DNA of 32,000 nucleotides from an uncultured bacterium (GTDB lineage Bacteria > GCA-001730085). The position numbers were made by a program, and so were the translations under genes. This document shows positions 19,801 through 28,515 of this stretch, piece after piece. The stretch spans positions 39,297 to 71,296 of the forward strand of contig CAZMGY010000018.1 of NCBI GenBank assembly GCA_964565945.1, read 5' to 3'. The notes under the pieces are model-generated. The model saw only the letters and a program-made list of their open reading frames with translations. It searched no databases and was not told the DNA's origin. Positions within the stretch are counted from its first letter, which is position 1. Each line of letters begins with the position of its first letter.

Positions 19801-22390
19801 CCAAATCATTCAAAGCATCGAAATAAAGGTCACTTTTGTTCGTCAAAAAATCGTTATAATCGGCTAAATCACTTGCAATATCGTAGGATGGCAACTGCTG
19901 ATGAAGTCCCTGCGATGTCCAGTAAACAAGCAACTCTTCAGGACTTTGCACGATCGAGTTCCAAATATCTTCCGTAACCTTAAGTTCGGCTTTTTGATAA
20001 AGACGACTTTTATACTCCATAAATTTTTCATTTAAAAATCTTTCGATATCTACATTAAAATAATCACGAATGAATTTATTCGACATTTTGCTCATATTGG
20101 CATTGCCATTGCGCACAATGCTCAAGAGATCGACATCGGGATAACTCTTATCCAACGACGTTTCTAAGCCTGAAAAACGAAGTAAATTATTCCACAACTC
20201 ATCTTTAACGATAGTGATTTCGGAATCATCGCCTTGCAAATCATTTTGCAAAATAAGATGGTCATTCAATACCTTGGTTAACCCTGCCTTAAAATTAGTT
20301 AAGGCTTTTATCATTAACTGTTTTTCTTCACGATAGTTGTCGTAACGCAAAGCTGTCATTTTATCTGTGATTGTTTGGCTATAGTTACGAAATGTCTCGG
20401 CATCATCACCAGATAAGGCTGGCCACTGGGATGTCTCACCAAACACAAACTCGATAATTTCGTTAGCATCTTCGAAATTGACATTCGGTGCATCGGCATC
20501 GATCCGTTGACTTTCAATCACGGGCTTGGCCAATTCTTGTAAAGCAAGGTCAACGTACTCCATATACGAGTTATCTCCTTTATCTCTGTTATTGATAAAA
20601 AGACCTGTATTTTTAAAAATACGCGTTAAAATATCAATGTCGGAGGCACTTAAAACACCTTTGATTTCAAGATAGGATAGCTTTGAATCCACATCCTTAA
20701 GGCTATTCCATACTTTATCTGTCTTGGATCGAATAAGACTTAAAAGATTGTCTTGCGGATTGTAGAACTTATTATGATGCTTGATTGTTTTTTTGTTGTA
20801 CGAACGAATATTATCGCGATAATCGTAAGTAGCATCATAATAAATCGATTCTTCATCCGTTAGCTCATTATTCTCATCAATTTCATACTTATACACTTTA
20901 TATTTGGTTATATTCCCATTAACATACTCTGTTTCGAAGCTTGCTGTCTCCAAGATGCGGAATAATCCTCGACGATAAACAGCAAATTCAGGAGCTACTT
21001 TAAAATAACTATAACCCTCTAAAGATTTAAATTTTTCTGTGATAACTCCAGCTTCTGTGAGATAATTGCGTTTGATCAAATCATTCCAAATATCTTTGTT
21101 TTTGTAAGGGATGTGAGATAAATCAATAACGTCTTGACGATTATGTGGATCCCAAAGTCCCCATTTTTCGACTTTGGTGGCTTCTTGATTGCTATATGTT
21201 GTTTTCCTGTAAGACAATACATCACCCTTTTGAGTGTAAGCAATTTGCTTGTCATAACTCATCGCGGCGTCCCAAATTATCAAGGTTTCCTCGCCATCAC
21301 TAGCTTTCGTATGTTCACGGTAAGACACAAGCTTGTCATTGGCTTCCGTTTTACTTTCAAAAAAGTAATTCGCTTCCCAGGTAATATCTTCAACTTTACC
21401 TGAATAATCGACAACTTTCTTTTTATAACCCAAGAGGTTTTTGTATTCGTCGTATGATTGCCCTGTTTTAGAAAAAGAACGCCAATCTGTTGTTGTTACA
21501 CGTCCTTGTTCGTCAGTGATTTTTTCAAAATAGCTTAATAGGTTGTTCTCATCATCATACGTAGAATTATTCCACTCTTTAACTCGTGGATTATTGCCAT
21601 AAATATCAAAAGTAGTTTCTCTATAAGCCAAAATATTCTTAGCGTCATCATACTCCAAACCTTCCCAAACCGTTCTTTTGGTGTTACCAAATTCATCGGT
21701 TTCATCACGTTGGTAATAGATGATGTTTTCTGAATCATCGTATTTAGCGTCTTTCCACTCAACGGTTTTTTCGGGACCATATTCCAAAACACCCTCAGGG
21801 TTTTCTTCGGATTTGCGGCGATATTCCTGGCGAGTTGTTTCAAAATAATAGGCCATAGGCGCTTCAGGATCGTTGTTGTCAATATACTGAAAATCGACAT
21901 TACGACGAGTCCACCGATCGTACTTATCGACCTGAGGTTCATTTTCGATTTTCATCACATGGCCATGCGAAGTGGTTACAATGCTGCCATCCTTTTTGGG
22001 CGTAATGGTTACTCCCAAGAAATCCATAGCTTTTTTAGTGGTTGCAAGAACTTGCTGGATTTCTTGTTGAAAGATTTGAACACGGTTGAGATCACTAAAG
22101 ACTTTCTTAAGCATTTTGCCGTGTAGCTCTTTTTGGGCATTAAGGGTGGGATCGTAAAGACTTTTACCTTCGAGAAGGTTTTTCTGTTTAGAGATTTCGG
22201 TTTGGTTTTGCTGGGCGAGCAACTGATCAAGGGTCATAACCCCAGATTGCTGTTTAACGTTCTGAATAGCGGATTGTTGAGCAAAAGCAAGTGAAACATC
22301 CATAGATGTTGCAATAAAAAGTTGCACAGTTAGACAACTAACCACTCGAACATATTTTTTTAATGGTCCCGCAAAAATGTCTAATATCAC
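16784..22390 (-). CDS. Giant secreted YD/RHS-type repeat protein, proximal part (1,868 sense codons, GTG start, TAA at 16786-16784).
   Basis: GTG at 22390 lies 6 nt downstream of AGGAG (22401-22397), and an in-frame TAG sits at 22402-22400. The N-terminus reads (M)ILDIFAGPLKKYVRVVSCLTVQLFIATSMDVSLAFA/QQ. I translated every codon by hand from 22390 to 16787 and found no stop. YD repeats include RKYDNNGQQAIDTIVDWSGNYDADGRMLSYEE (~18190-18300). This ORF is absent from the supplied track. Confidence 0.85.
16790..19760 (-). repeat. YD-type repeat block 2, with a non-repeat insert at ~17300-18120.
   Basis: Translated motifs: NMVYDKKKRLYAYQEEG, MKYDAADRSLEYDRE, ISYDNNDLELSY, KYPYNSDGKTLGSYE, RKYDNNGQQ...NYDADGRMLSYEE, TLRYDMKYDDQFRL. 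Confidence 0.65.
20760..21990 (-). repeat. YD-type degenerate repeat block 1 (protein level).
   Basis: Translated motifs: LEYDDAKNILAYRETTFDIYGNNPRVKEW, STYDDENNLLSYFEK, AMSYDKQIAYTQKGDVLSYRK, IYYDATYDYRDNIRSY. Confidence 0.6.
22280..22390 (-). other. Predicted Sec signal peptide of the giant protein (residues 1-37, cleavage after AFA).
   Basis: A basic n-region (KKYVR) is followed by a hydrophobic h-region (VVSCLTVQLFIATSM) and an A-x-A-type c-region (SLAFA|QQ). Confidence 0.6.
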
Positions 22391-22453
22391 AGCCCTCTCC
22401 TAAACTTCGGGTAAGTTTGTTTCCCCAAACACAGCAAGCTCACTACGCCAGAA

Positions 22454-22485
22454 CTTATATAACATTTGTAGCAAATATTTTGCAA
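22454..22485 (-). promoter_or_regulatory. Candidate sigma70-type promoter for the giant gene.
   Basis: The minus strand reads TTGCAA (22485-22480), an 18-nt spacer, then TATATA (22461-22456), about 65 nt upstream of GTG 22390. An inverted repeat GCAAA-TAT-TTTGC overlaps the -35 element. The background is AT-rich, so a chance match is plausible. Confidence 0.3.
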
Positions 22486-22825
22486 ATCCATCTACAATGA
22501 AATAATTCATAAATTAAAATAAAGATCATTTATAAATTAAATAAGTGTAATGATTTATTTATAAATTAGATTATAATTAAGATATTTGGATCGAAATAGC
22601 AAGGAGTGAAATGAAATTTTAATGATATTATTGTTTACAAAAAATTTAATTAACTTAAAAAACATAAGCTAAATTAGACCATTTGCTCGAAATTACGCTA
22701 CGGCATCCTTAGGAATTCTTAAAGGAGCTGTTTAACATTATATGTTATATTTTCAATAGAAATGATCTTTGTGATAAAATTAAGAATAATCGTTTTGAAA
22801 TATCATTAAGGCTTGGAAGTTACTC

Positions 22826-23434
22826 ATGTTGAAACAATGGATTCGCAAAACTATCATTGGTGTGCTCTGTATTGGAACAATACCCCTCGGGGCTCAAGTA
22901 ACCACAGGTAACAAAGCTCCTAATTTCACCTTAAGCGATGCGAAAGGGCAAAGCCATCAGCTTTCCGACTTTAAGGGTAAAATTGTGGTCTTGGAGTGGA
23001 TCAACTACGACTGCCCTTTTGTTAAAAAACATTACAACACAGGACACATGCAACATCTGCAACGCACATTCACCGAACAAGGTATCATTTGGTTAAGTAT
23101 CAATTCCTCAGCACCTGGCAAACAAGGTCATTTTGACCCCATCACCCTAGCCAAACGAATGGAAAAAACCAAAGTCAATCCTAGTGCCTATCTTTTGGAT
23201 AACGATGGCAAGGTTGGTCGCATGTACAATGCCAAGACAACCCCCCATATGTACATTATCAACAAAAAAGGCACACTAGTATACCAGGGTGCCATTGATG
23301 ATGATCCAGGTGTTTGGGGCAGCGATCCTTACCGTTCCAAGAATTTTGTGCGCATTGTGCTCGATGCCATCATGCACGGACGGCCTTCACCAGTAAAAGA
23401 AACTCCAGCCTATGGTTGTTCGGTGAAATATTAA
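22826..23434 (+). CDS. Secreted thioredoxin-fold protein (redoxin / AhpC-TSA-like family).
   Basis: Track ORF of 202 aa. It has an N-terminal signal-like segment (KTIIGVLCIGTIPLGAQV), a thioredoxin-fold core (FKGKIVVLEWINYDCPFVKKHY) and a C-terminal YGCSVKY. GGAAG lies upstream of the ATG. Confidence 0.8.
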   Translation: MLKQWIRKTIIGVLCIGTIPLGAQVTTGNKAPNFTLSDAKGQSHQLSDFKGKIVVLEWINYDCPFVKKHYNTGHMQHLQRTFTEQGIIWLSINSSAPGKQGHFDPITLAKRMEKTKVNPSAYLLDNDGKVGRMYNAKTTPHMYIINKKGTLVYQGAIDDDPGVWGSDPYRSKNFVRIVLDAIMHGRPSPVKETPAYGCSVKY

Positions 23435-23503
23435 AATGCAAGAAGTCCGAATTTAAAAACTGCTGCATATACCCTTTGAGACAGATTCAGCGAAACAATA
23501 CCC

Positions 23504-24253
23504 TTAGGCTTTTGCTTTGCCCTGATTGGCCACCGCCTCCATCGCTTTTTTCACTTCCTCAGGATCACCTAAGTAGTAGCTACGAATGGGTGTCAAATCA
23601 TCATTAAGCTCATACACCAATGGCATGGCCGTCGGAATGTTAAGGCCAATAATATCTTCGTCCAAAATGTTATCCAAGTGTTTTACCAATGCCCGCAAAC
23701 TATTGCCATGAGCCACAATAATCACATTTTCCCCCTCTTGCGCCCTAGGAACAATTTCTTGTTCCCAGTAAGGAAGAAAGCGCTCCACAGTATCTTTAAG
23801 GCACTCCGACAGAGGTAAATCGGAATCATTCAAATTTTTGTAACGACGATCATGCCCAGGGTAGCGCTCATCATTTTTTTCGAGCGCCATAGGTGGCGTA
23901 TTGTAGCTACGACGCCAAATAAGAACTTGCTCATCGCCGTATTGGACAGCGGTTTCAGCTTTGTTAAGCCCCTGCAAAGCACCATAGTGACGTTCATTCA
24001 GATGCCAATCGCGAATCACAGGAATCCATTGTTGATCCATCTCATCCAAAATCGACCATAGGGTTTTAATCGCTCGTTTCAACACCGAGGTGTAGGCAAT
24101 GTCAAATTTAAAACCCGCTTCTTTCAGATATTGTCCCGCTGACTTAGCCTCGTCTTTGCCTTTGTCAGAAAGATCCACGTCGCACCAACCAGTGAATTTA
24201 TTCTCTTTATTCCACAAACTTTCGCCATGACGGACCAAAACCACTTTCTTCAT
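23504..24253 (-). CDS. gpmA: 2,3-bisphosphoglycerate-dependent phosphoglycerate mutase.
   Basis: 249 aa. The N-terminal [18 protein letters not shown] catalytic-His motif, the later AHGNSLRAL motif and the length are typical of dPGM. Confidence 0.93.
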   Translation of the reverse strand: MKKVVLVRHGESLWNKENKFTGWCDVDLSDKGKDEAKSAGQYLKEAGFKFDIAYTSVLKRAIKTLWSILDEMDQQWIPVIRDWHLNERHYGALQGLNKAETAVQYGDEQVLIWRRSYNTPPMALEKNDERYPGHDRRYKNLNDSDLPLSECLKDTVERFLPYWEQEIVPRAQEGENVIIVAHGNSLRALVKHLDNILDEDIIGLNIPTAMPLVYELNDDLTPIRSYYLGDPEEVKKAMEAVANQGKAKA

Positions 24254-24263
24254 TCAATTCTCC

Positions 24264-24725
24264 TTAAAGTTTAATCATTTCGGGATGCAAGCACCAATTC
24301 AAATACCATTGTCCTGCAATTTGTTCGAGAGCCACAATAGTTCCAGGTCGATAATGGACCATATCCTTTGATCGACCAGTTAACAGATGTGATACAAATT
24401 TGTCGACAAAGGGCAAATGAGAAACCAGCAAGAGGCTCTTGCGTTCTTCTTGGACCAATGTTGTCAAAACATCGACATCGCTCTCGGGTTTCAAATCGCC
24501 ATGCTCAAGCATGGGACCATCAAATCCAAGCTGATTCTGCATAATCTGAGCCGTTTGAACTGCTCGTTTAAGCGGACTATGCCAAATCATTTCGCAATTA
24601 ACCAAGTCCCGTGCACAAAACTCCCCCAACCGCGCCACACTAGCTTGACCATAGCCCGTCAGCAATCGTTCGGAATCACCATTATTATGAGCCACTTCGC
24701 CATGCCTCATAACATAAATTTTCAT
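24264..24725 (-). CDS. sixA: Phosphohistidine phosphatase SixA-like protein (histidine phosphatase superfamily).
   Basis: 153 aa. It carries the MRHGEV (RHG) motif and a later LVSHLPF motif, and its size is typical of SixA. It ends 10 nt upstream of gpmA. Confidence 0.75.
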   Translation of the reverse strand: MKIYVMRHGEVAHNNGDSERLLTGYGQASVARLGEFCARDLVNCEMIWHSPLKRAVQTAQIMQNQLGFDGPMLEHGDLKPESDVDVLTTLVQEERKSLLLVSHLPFVDKFVSHLLTGRSKDMVHYRPGTIVALEQIAGQWYLNWCLHPEMIKL

Positions 24726-24829
24726 AACGAGTACCCTTCTATACAGGTTTCAATTTAAATGTCCAAGGTCGAGGTCAGGCTGCTTAACGCAACTATCCAA
24801 AGATGACCTTCAAAATTCATTATATTTTA

Positions 24830-25948
24830 TTACATAATATCTGTCATTATTTTTTTAAAACACTCGATGTCCTCCATGCTATGCCCTGAGCTAAGAGACA
24901 ATCGCAAACATTCCTTACCTTTGGACACTGTGGGAAAGCGCATCGCCGGCACATAATAACCCTTGTCCCACAAGTCTTGAGACACTTTTTGGACAGCCGC
25001 ATTGCCAGGAATAAACACCGGTATCACAGGCGAACAGCCCTCTAATTCACCGATTAAGCGCCAAAGCTTATCTCGCGCTTGACTAGCATGACGCGCCAAA
25101 TCAATGGCGCTAAGCAATCCACCCACTAAGGGCAAAGCCAAGCCTGTGCTATAAATACTCGTTCGCCCTCGATTAAGAACACAATCAATCACTTCGTGCG
25201 AAGACAACACCGCACCGCCAGCCACCCCTATAGCCTTACCCAAGCTCACCACACGCACATCCACCTCATTCGAACAGCCTTGCTGGACAACCCACCCTTC
25301 CCCAGAATCTCCAAACACACCTAGCGCATGTGCTTCATCGACAATTATCCGAAACGCATAGTTTTTCTTGAGCTTAACTATATCCTTAATTGGAGAACAA
25401 TCTCCTTCCATGCTAAAGAGCGATTCGGTGATCACCCACAGCATTTGCCCCTTGCGATAATAACGTTTCAGACACTGCTCTAGATGATCACAGTCGTTAT
25501 GACGAAAAATCTTATAACTTGCCTGTGACAATTTGACCGCATCAATCAAACTGGCATGACAAGAACGATCGAGCAAAACCAAATCCTCGGGTTTAACCAA
25601 AGACGAAATAGCTGCTAAATTGGCCATATAACCAGTGTTGCACAGTAGCGCGCGCTCGGCTTTAAGCCAGTCCGTAAGTTTGTTTTCCACCTGTTCGTGC
25701 AAGGTGAAATTACCACAGACATAACGCGAAGCCTGAGCACCCACACCAAAAATCTCGGAGGTATCTTTAACTGCCCGAATCACCCGAGGATGCTGCGCCA
25801 AATTAAGATAATTATTAGATCCAAAGTTCAAATAGGACCGTCCTTCACAAACAAAGCGAACACCGTCGATGGCTTCGATCACCCTCATCTGACGGTACAA
25901 ACCCTCCTCTTGCAAAGCCTGAAGTATCGTTTCCTCGCGGAGGGTCAT
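24830..25948 (-). CDS. bioF: Alpha-oxoamine synthase family PLP enzyme, most similar to 8-amino-7-oxononanoate synthase (BioF).
   Basis: The track ORF is 24830-26167. The first 73 codons overlap the SDR gene and look non-coding. ATG 25948 is preceded by AGGAGAGGAAGA and gives 372 aa starting MTLREETILQ. Motifs: FGSNNYLNL, SMEGDCSPI, VDEAHALGVFG, SLGKAIGVAGGAV (PLP lysine), IYSTG. Confidence 0.7.
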   Translation of the reverse strand: MTLREETILQALQEEGLYRQMRVIEAIDGVRFVCEGRSYLNFGSNNYLNLAQHPRVIRAVKDTSEIFGVGAQASRYVCGNFTLHEQVENKLTDWLKAERALLCNTGYMANLAAISSLVKPEDLVLLDRSCHASLIDAVKLSQASYKIFRHNDCDHLEQCLKRYYRKGQMLWVITESLFSMEGDCSPIKDIVKLKKNYAFRIIVDEAHALGVFGDSGEGWVVQQGCSNEVDVRVVSLGKAIGVAGGAVLSSHEVIDCVLNRGRTSIYSTGLALPLVGGLLSAIDLARHASQARDKLWRLIGELEGCSPVIPVFIPGNAAVQKVSQDLWDKGYYVPAMRFPTVSKGKECLRLSLSSGHSMEDIECFKKIMTDIM

Positions 25949-26096
25949 CTTATTCTTCCTCTCCTGGCTGACACACAGAAGAAAAAATCGATGAACGCTG
26001 CGCCATCCTATCAATGGTTCGATCGAGCAAAGTTTTGAGCAAGCCTCCTCTCGTTGTTTCCACTTCGGGAAGTTCCAGCATCGTTTTAAATTCCTT

Positions 26097-26825
26097 TCAA
26101 TTGTTGAGAATGCGACTGTCCAAAACAAATAATTGCCCCGACACATGCCTCCATTGAGATATATCATAAATCGCCTGAGTGATTTCGTCGAGAGGGCTCA
26201 AGCAGCCCAATGTGTTCTGGCAACAAAAATCGTTAATGAGTTCTTCGCTCAAATGACCTGTCATGTCAGTGAGCATAAAACCTGGCGCCACAGCATTAAC
26301 ACGTACACCTCGCACCCCCCACTCTTTGGCCAAATCACGACTTAGACCAAGCATAGCCCCTTTGCTTAATCCATAAGCGCTCAAACCTACTCCTCCCGAA
26401 ACAGCTTGATGCGAAACAATATTGATCATATGCCCCCTGCCTAATGCGGACATACGCTCTGCGACCCTGCAGGCCAATACTCCAGTGTGCCTCAGATTAA
26501 TATCTAACAGATCATTCAATTGATCTTCGCTCGAGCGAGAGGTTAAAGCACTGTAAGAAACGCCAGCATTATTGATCCAAATATCTGGACAAGGATAACG
26601 CAAAGATTCCTGCCAAAAGGCCTCCAGCAAATCCATCTTTCTTAGATCCATGTGCATGCACTGCGCATGACCCAACCTTGTAAGATCAGCCAAAGCCTCT
26701 TCATGCGCTGTATCAATCGTACACTGCGATACGATCACATTATAGTCATAACGCAGATAAGTCTGGGCCAGTCGAAGCCCCAAACCACGCAGGCCACCTG
26801 TGATCATCACGCTCGGCCGCGCCAT
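26097..26825 (-). CDS. Short-chain dehydrogenase/reductase (FabG-like).
   Basis: 242 aa. It has the N-terminal ITGGLRGLG nucleotide-binding motif, NNAGV, and the catalytic YGLSKGA (YxxxK). It starts 1 nt after the ribE stop. Confidence 0.85.
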   Translation of the reverse strand: MARPSVMITGGLRGLGLRLAQTYLRYDYNVIVSQCTIDTAHEEALADLTRLGHAQCMHMDLRKMDLLEAFWQESLRYPCPDIWINNAGVSYSALTSRSSEDQLNDLLDINLRHTGVLACRVAERMSALGRGHMINIVSHQAVSGGVGLSAYGLSKGAMLGLSRDLAKEWGVRGVRVNAVAPGFMLTDMTGHLSEELINDFCCQNTLGCLSPLDEITQAIYDISQWRHVSGQLFVLDSRILNN

Positions 26826-26826
26826 A

Positions 26827-27429
26827 TCAGGATTCTCGATGTTTCAAATAAGACAAGACATATTTGCCCAAATAATCAAACTCAATATTAATCGGGTCGC
26901 CCACCTCTTTCTCTTTCAAATTGGTGTGACTGAGCGTATGAGGAATAATTGCTACTTCCAGCGACTGCCGATCGCAATTGACAATTGTTAAACTAATTCC
27001 ATCCAAAGCCACCGAACCTTTGGAGAGAACATGCGCCGCCCAATCCTCAGAAAACCCAATCTTAAGATGATAACTTCCATCCACTTGCATGATCGCTTCG
27101 ACCTGACCCAAACAATCCACATGTCCAGCGCAAATATGACCATCCAAACGAGCCTGAATCGACAAAGCGCGCTCCAAATTAACAGTCGCCCCTTGCTGCA
27201 AAGACCCCAGACTCGTGACAGCCAAAGTTGTATCAATCACATCGAAACTAAGCGTATCGCGACCTTGGTCAACCACTGTAAGGCAAACACCATTAACAGC
27301 CACACTATCCCCTTTGCAAACATCCGACCACGCCGAATTCTTGTGAACAGTCAAATGCATCACGGCCCCATCTTGATTCATCTGGGCAATTGTTCCTACC
27401 GCTTCAATCAAGCCGCTAAACATGAGCAC
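26827..27429 (-). CDS. ribE: Riboflavin synthase alpha chain.
   Basis: 200 aa. MFSGLIEAVG from the third codon matches the usual MFTGI-type N-terminus, so the start may be ATG 27423. There are two lumazine-binding repeats. It overlaps the ribD 3' end. Confidence 0.93.
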   Translation of the reverse strand: MLMFSGLIEAVGTIAQMNQDGAVMHLTVHKNSAWSDVCKGDSVAVNGVCLTVVDQGRDTLSFDVIDTTLAVTSLGSLQQGATVNLERALSIQARLDGHICAGHVDCLGQVEAIMQVDGSYHLKIGFSEDWAAHVLSKGSVALDGISLTIVNCDRQSLEVAIIPHTLSHTNLKEKEVGDPINIEFDYLGKYVLSYLKHRES

Positions 27430-28510
27430 TATCCCTTTCTATATAACCACGAATCATCATATCCTCGTCCATACGTTGATGCAGCACGCCCTTTAAACGA
27501 AGAGCTTTTTGCACCGATGTTGGCGCAGTTTGAACTGTGGGCAGCCATAAAGGCCCCTCGCCTAATATTATGGGAGCGACATATAAACACACTTCATCGA
27601 CAAAATCTGCATTCCAAAAGGCTACGTGCGTCTGACCTCCTCCTTCGACCAAGAGATGGATGATCTCACGTCGATGCAGTTCCCGCATTAGTTCAGCCAA
27701 ACATTTCTCGCGCGAGGTATAGACCCATTCCTGAACGCCTTTATCTTTCAGATCAGCACTAAGAATAGGCTTATCGACCACCAATAGAGTTTGCTCAGCA
27801 TGCTCCGTCAACAAATGATGGCTTTCAGGAAGTTCGCCCCCCGAAAACAAAACAATGCGCAGAGGCACCTTGAGGGTATTATTTTCGCTACGGGCAGTGA
27901 GACGAGGATTATCCTTTCGAAATGTTTCGGCACCCACCAAAACTGCGTCCATTTGACGACGCAAACAATGCGCAGAACGACGTGCTTTTTTGCCAGTGAT
28001 CCACTGCGAGTGCCCATTAGCGCAAGCAATGCGACCATCCAAACTCACTCCAGCCTTTAAGGTCACCCATGGGCGCTGATCCAGTGTGAATCTACAAAAA
28101 GGGGCAATCAAGGCCTCGCACTCATGCTGCAACACTCCAGCATAATACTCAATCCCCTTGGCTTCCAAGAGGTTTTGTGCTCGCGAACCATTAGCCTCAG
28201 ATGGATCAGTGGCTCCAACAAATACGCGTTTAATACCCATTTGGTAGATTGATTCGGTGCAAGCTCCAGTTCGCCCCTGTGTGGAACAAGGCTCAAGCGT
28301 AACATACAAATCAGCGCCAACCGGTGATTCACTGCAATTGGACAAAGCATCTATTTCGGCATGAGGTTTACCCGCAGCACGATGATAACCTTGTCCGATG
28401 ATGCGTCCATCCTTCACCACCAGTGCTCCTACAGGAGGATTCGGTCGTGTTGATCCTAAGCCTTTGCGAGCAAGTTTAACCGCTCTTTGCATAAAATCTT
28501 GATACGCCAT
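27416..28510 (-). CDS. ribD: Bifunctional diaminohydroxyphosphoribosylaminopyrimidine deaminase / 5-amino-6-(5-phosphoribosylamino)uracil reductase.
   Basis: 364 aa. It has the deaminase zinc motifs HAEIDAL and EPCSTQGRTGAC, plus a C-terminal reductase domain. Confidence 0.93.
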   Translation of the reverse strand: MAYQDFMQRAVKLARKGLGSTRPNPPVGALVVKDGRIIGQGYHRAAGKPHAEIDALSNCSESPVGADLYVTLEPCSTQGRTGACTESIYQMGIKRVFVGATDPSEANGSRAQNLLEAKGIEYYAGVLQHECEALIAPFCRFTLDQRPWVTLKAGVSLDGRIACANGHSQWITGKKARRSAHCLRRQMDAVLVGAETFRKDNPRLTARSENNTLKVPLRIVLFSGGELPESHHLLTEHAEQTLLVVDKPILSADLKDKGVQEWVYTSREKCLAELMRELHRREIIHLLVEGGGQTHVAFWNADFVDEVCLYVAPIILGEGPLWLPTVQTAPTSVQKALRLKGVLHQRMDEDMMIRGYIERDSAHV

Positions 28511-28515
28511 TCCCT

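Noticed and set aside
1550-22230. About 35 short track ORFs (61-135 aa) on both strands across the left 22 kb.
   Set aside because: All the minus-strand ones share a single frame (ends = 0 mod 3) that differs from the giant ORF frame. The plus-strand ones are antisense. Their sequences are low-complexity and hydrophobic, with no start-site support. They are shadow ORFs of the giant gene.
1-22390. The lack of long ORFs in the supplied track suggested non-coding DNA, a decayed pseudogene field, or an alternative genetic code (for example TGA reassignment).
   Set aside because: Direct hand translation with the standard code gives one long open minus-strand frame with coherent protein-like sequence. 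The flanking genes also read cleanly in the standard code. The track simply omits this frame.
1-22390. Search for a toxin, protease or RHS-core signature (HExxH, P-x4-D-P-x-G-L, nucleotide-binding loops) in the translated giant protein.
   Set aside because: I recognised none in the part inside the window. The C-terminus, where such domains normally lie, is outside the window, so I make no effector call.
22601-22622. A perfect AAGGAG followed by a mini-ORF, ATG-AAA-TTT-TAA, in the intergenic region.
   Set aside because: It is a three-codon ORF with only 4-nt SD spacing in very AT-rich DNA, which is likely chance. Without conservation data there is no basis to call it a leader peptide.
23435-23503. 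An expected bidirectional rho-independent terminator between the convergent redoxin and gpmA genes.
   Set aside because: I could not find a convincing GC-rich stem followed by a T-tract by eye.
23314-23607. A 97-aa plus-strand ORF spanning the redoxin 3' end and the gpmA 3' end.
   Set aside because: It overlaps two well-supported genes and has an unlikely Cys/Pro-rich sequence.
25949-26167. The N-terminal 73-codon extension of the BioF-like track ORF (MIYLNGGMCRGNYLF...).
   Set aside because: It overlaps the 3' end of the SDR gene, has an implausible Cys/Trp-rich sequence, and the internal ATG 25948 has a strong AGGAG-type RBS and a typical N-terminus.
27031-27663. A 210-aa plus-strand ORF, along with other plus or alternate-frame ORFs overlapping ribE, ribD, ftsY, ribH, ribBA, gpmA, sixA and the bioF-like gene.
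   Set aside because: They are antisense to, or out of frame with, well-supported conserved genes. Their composition is shadow-like and they have no RBS.
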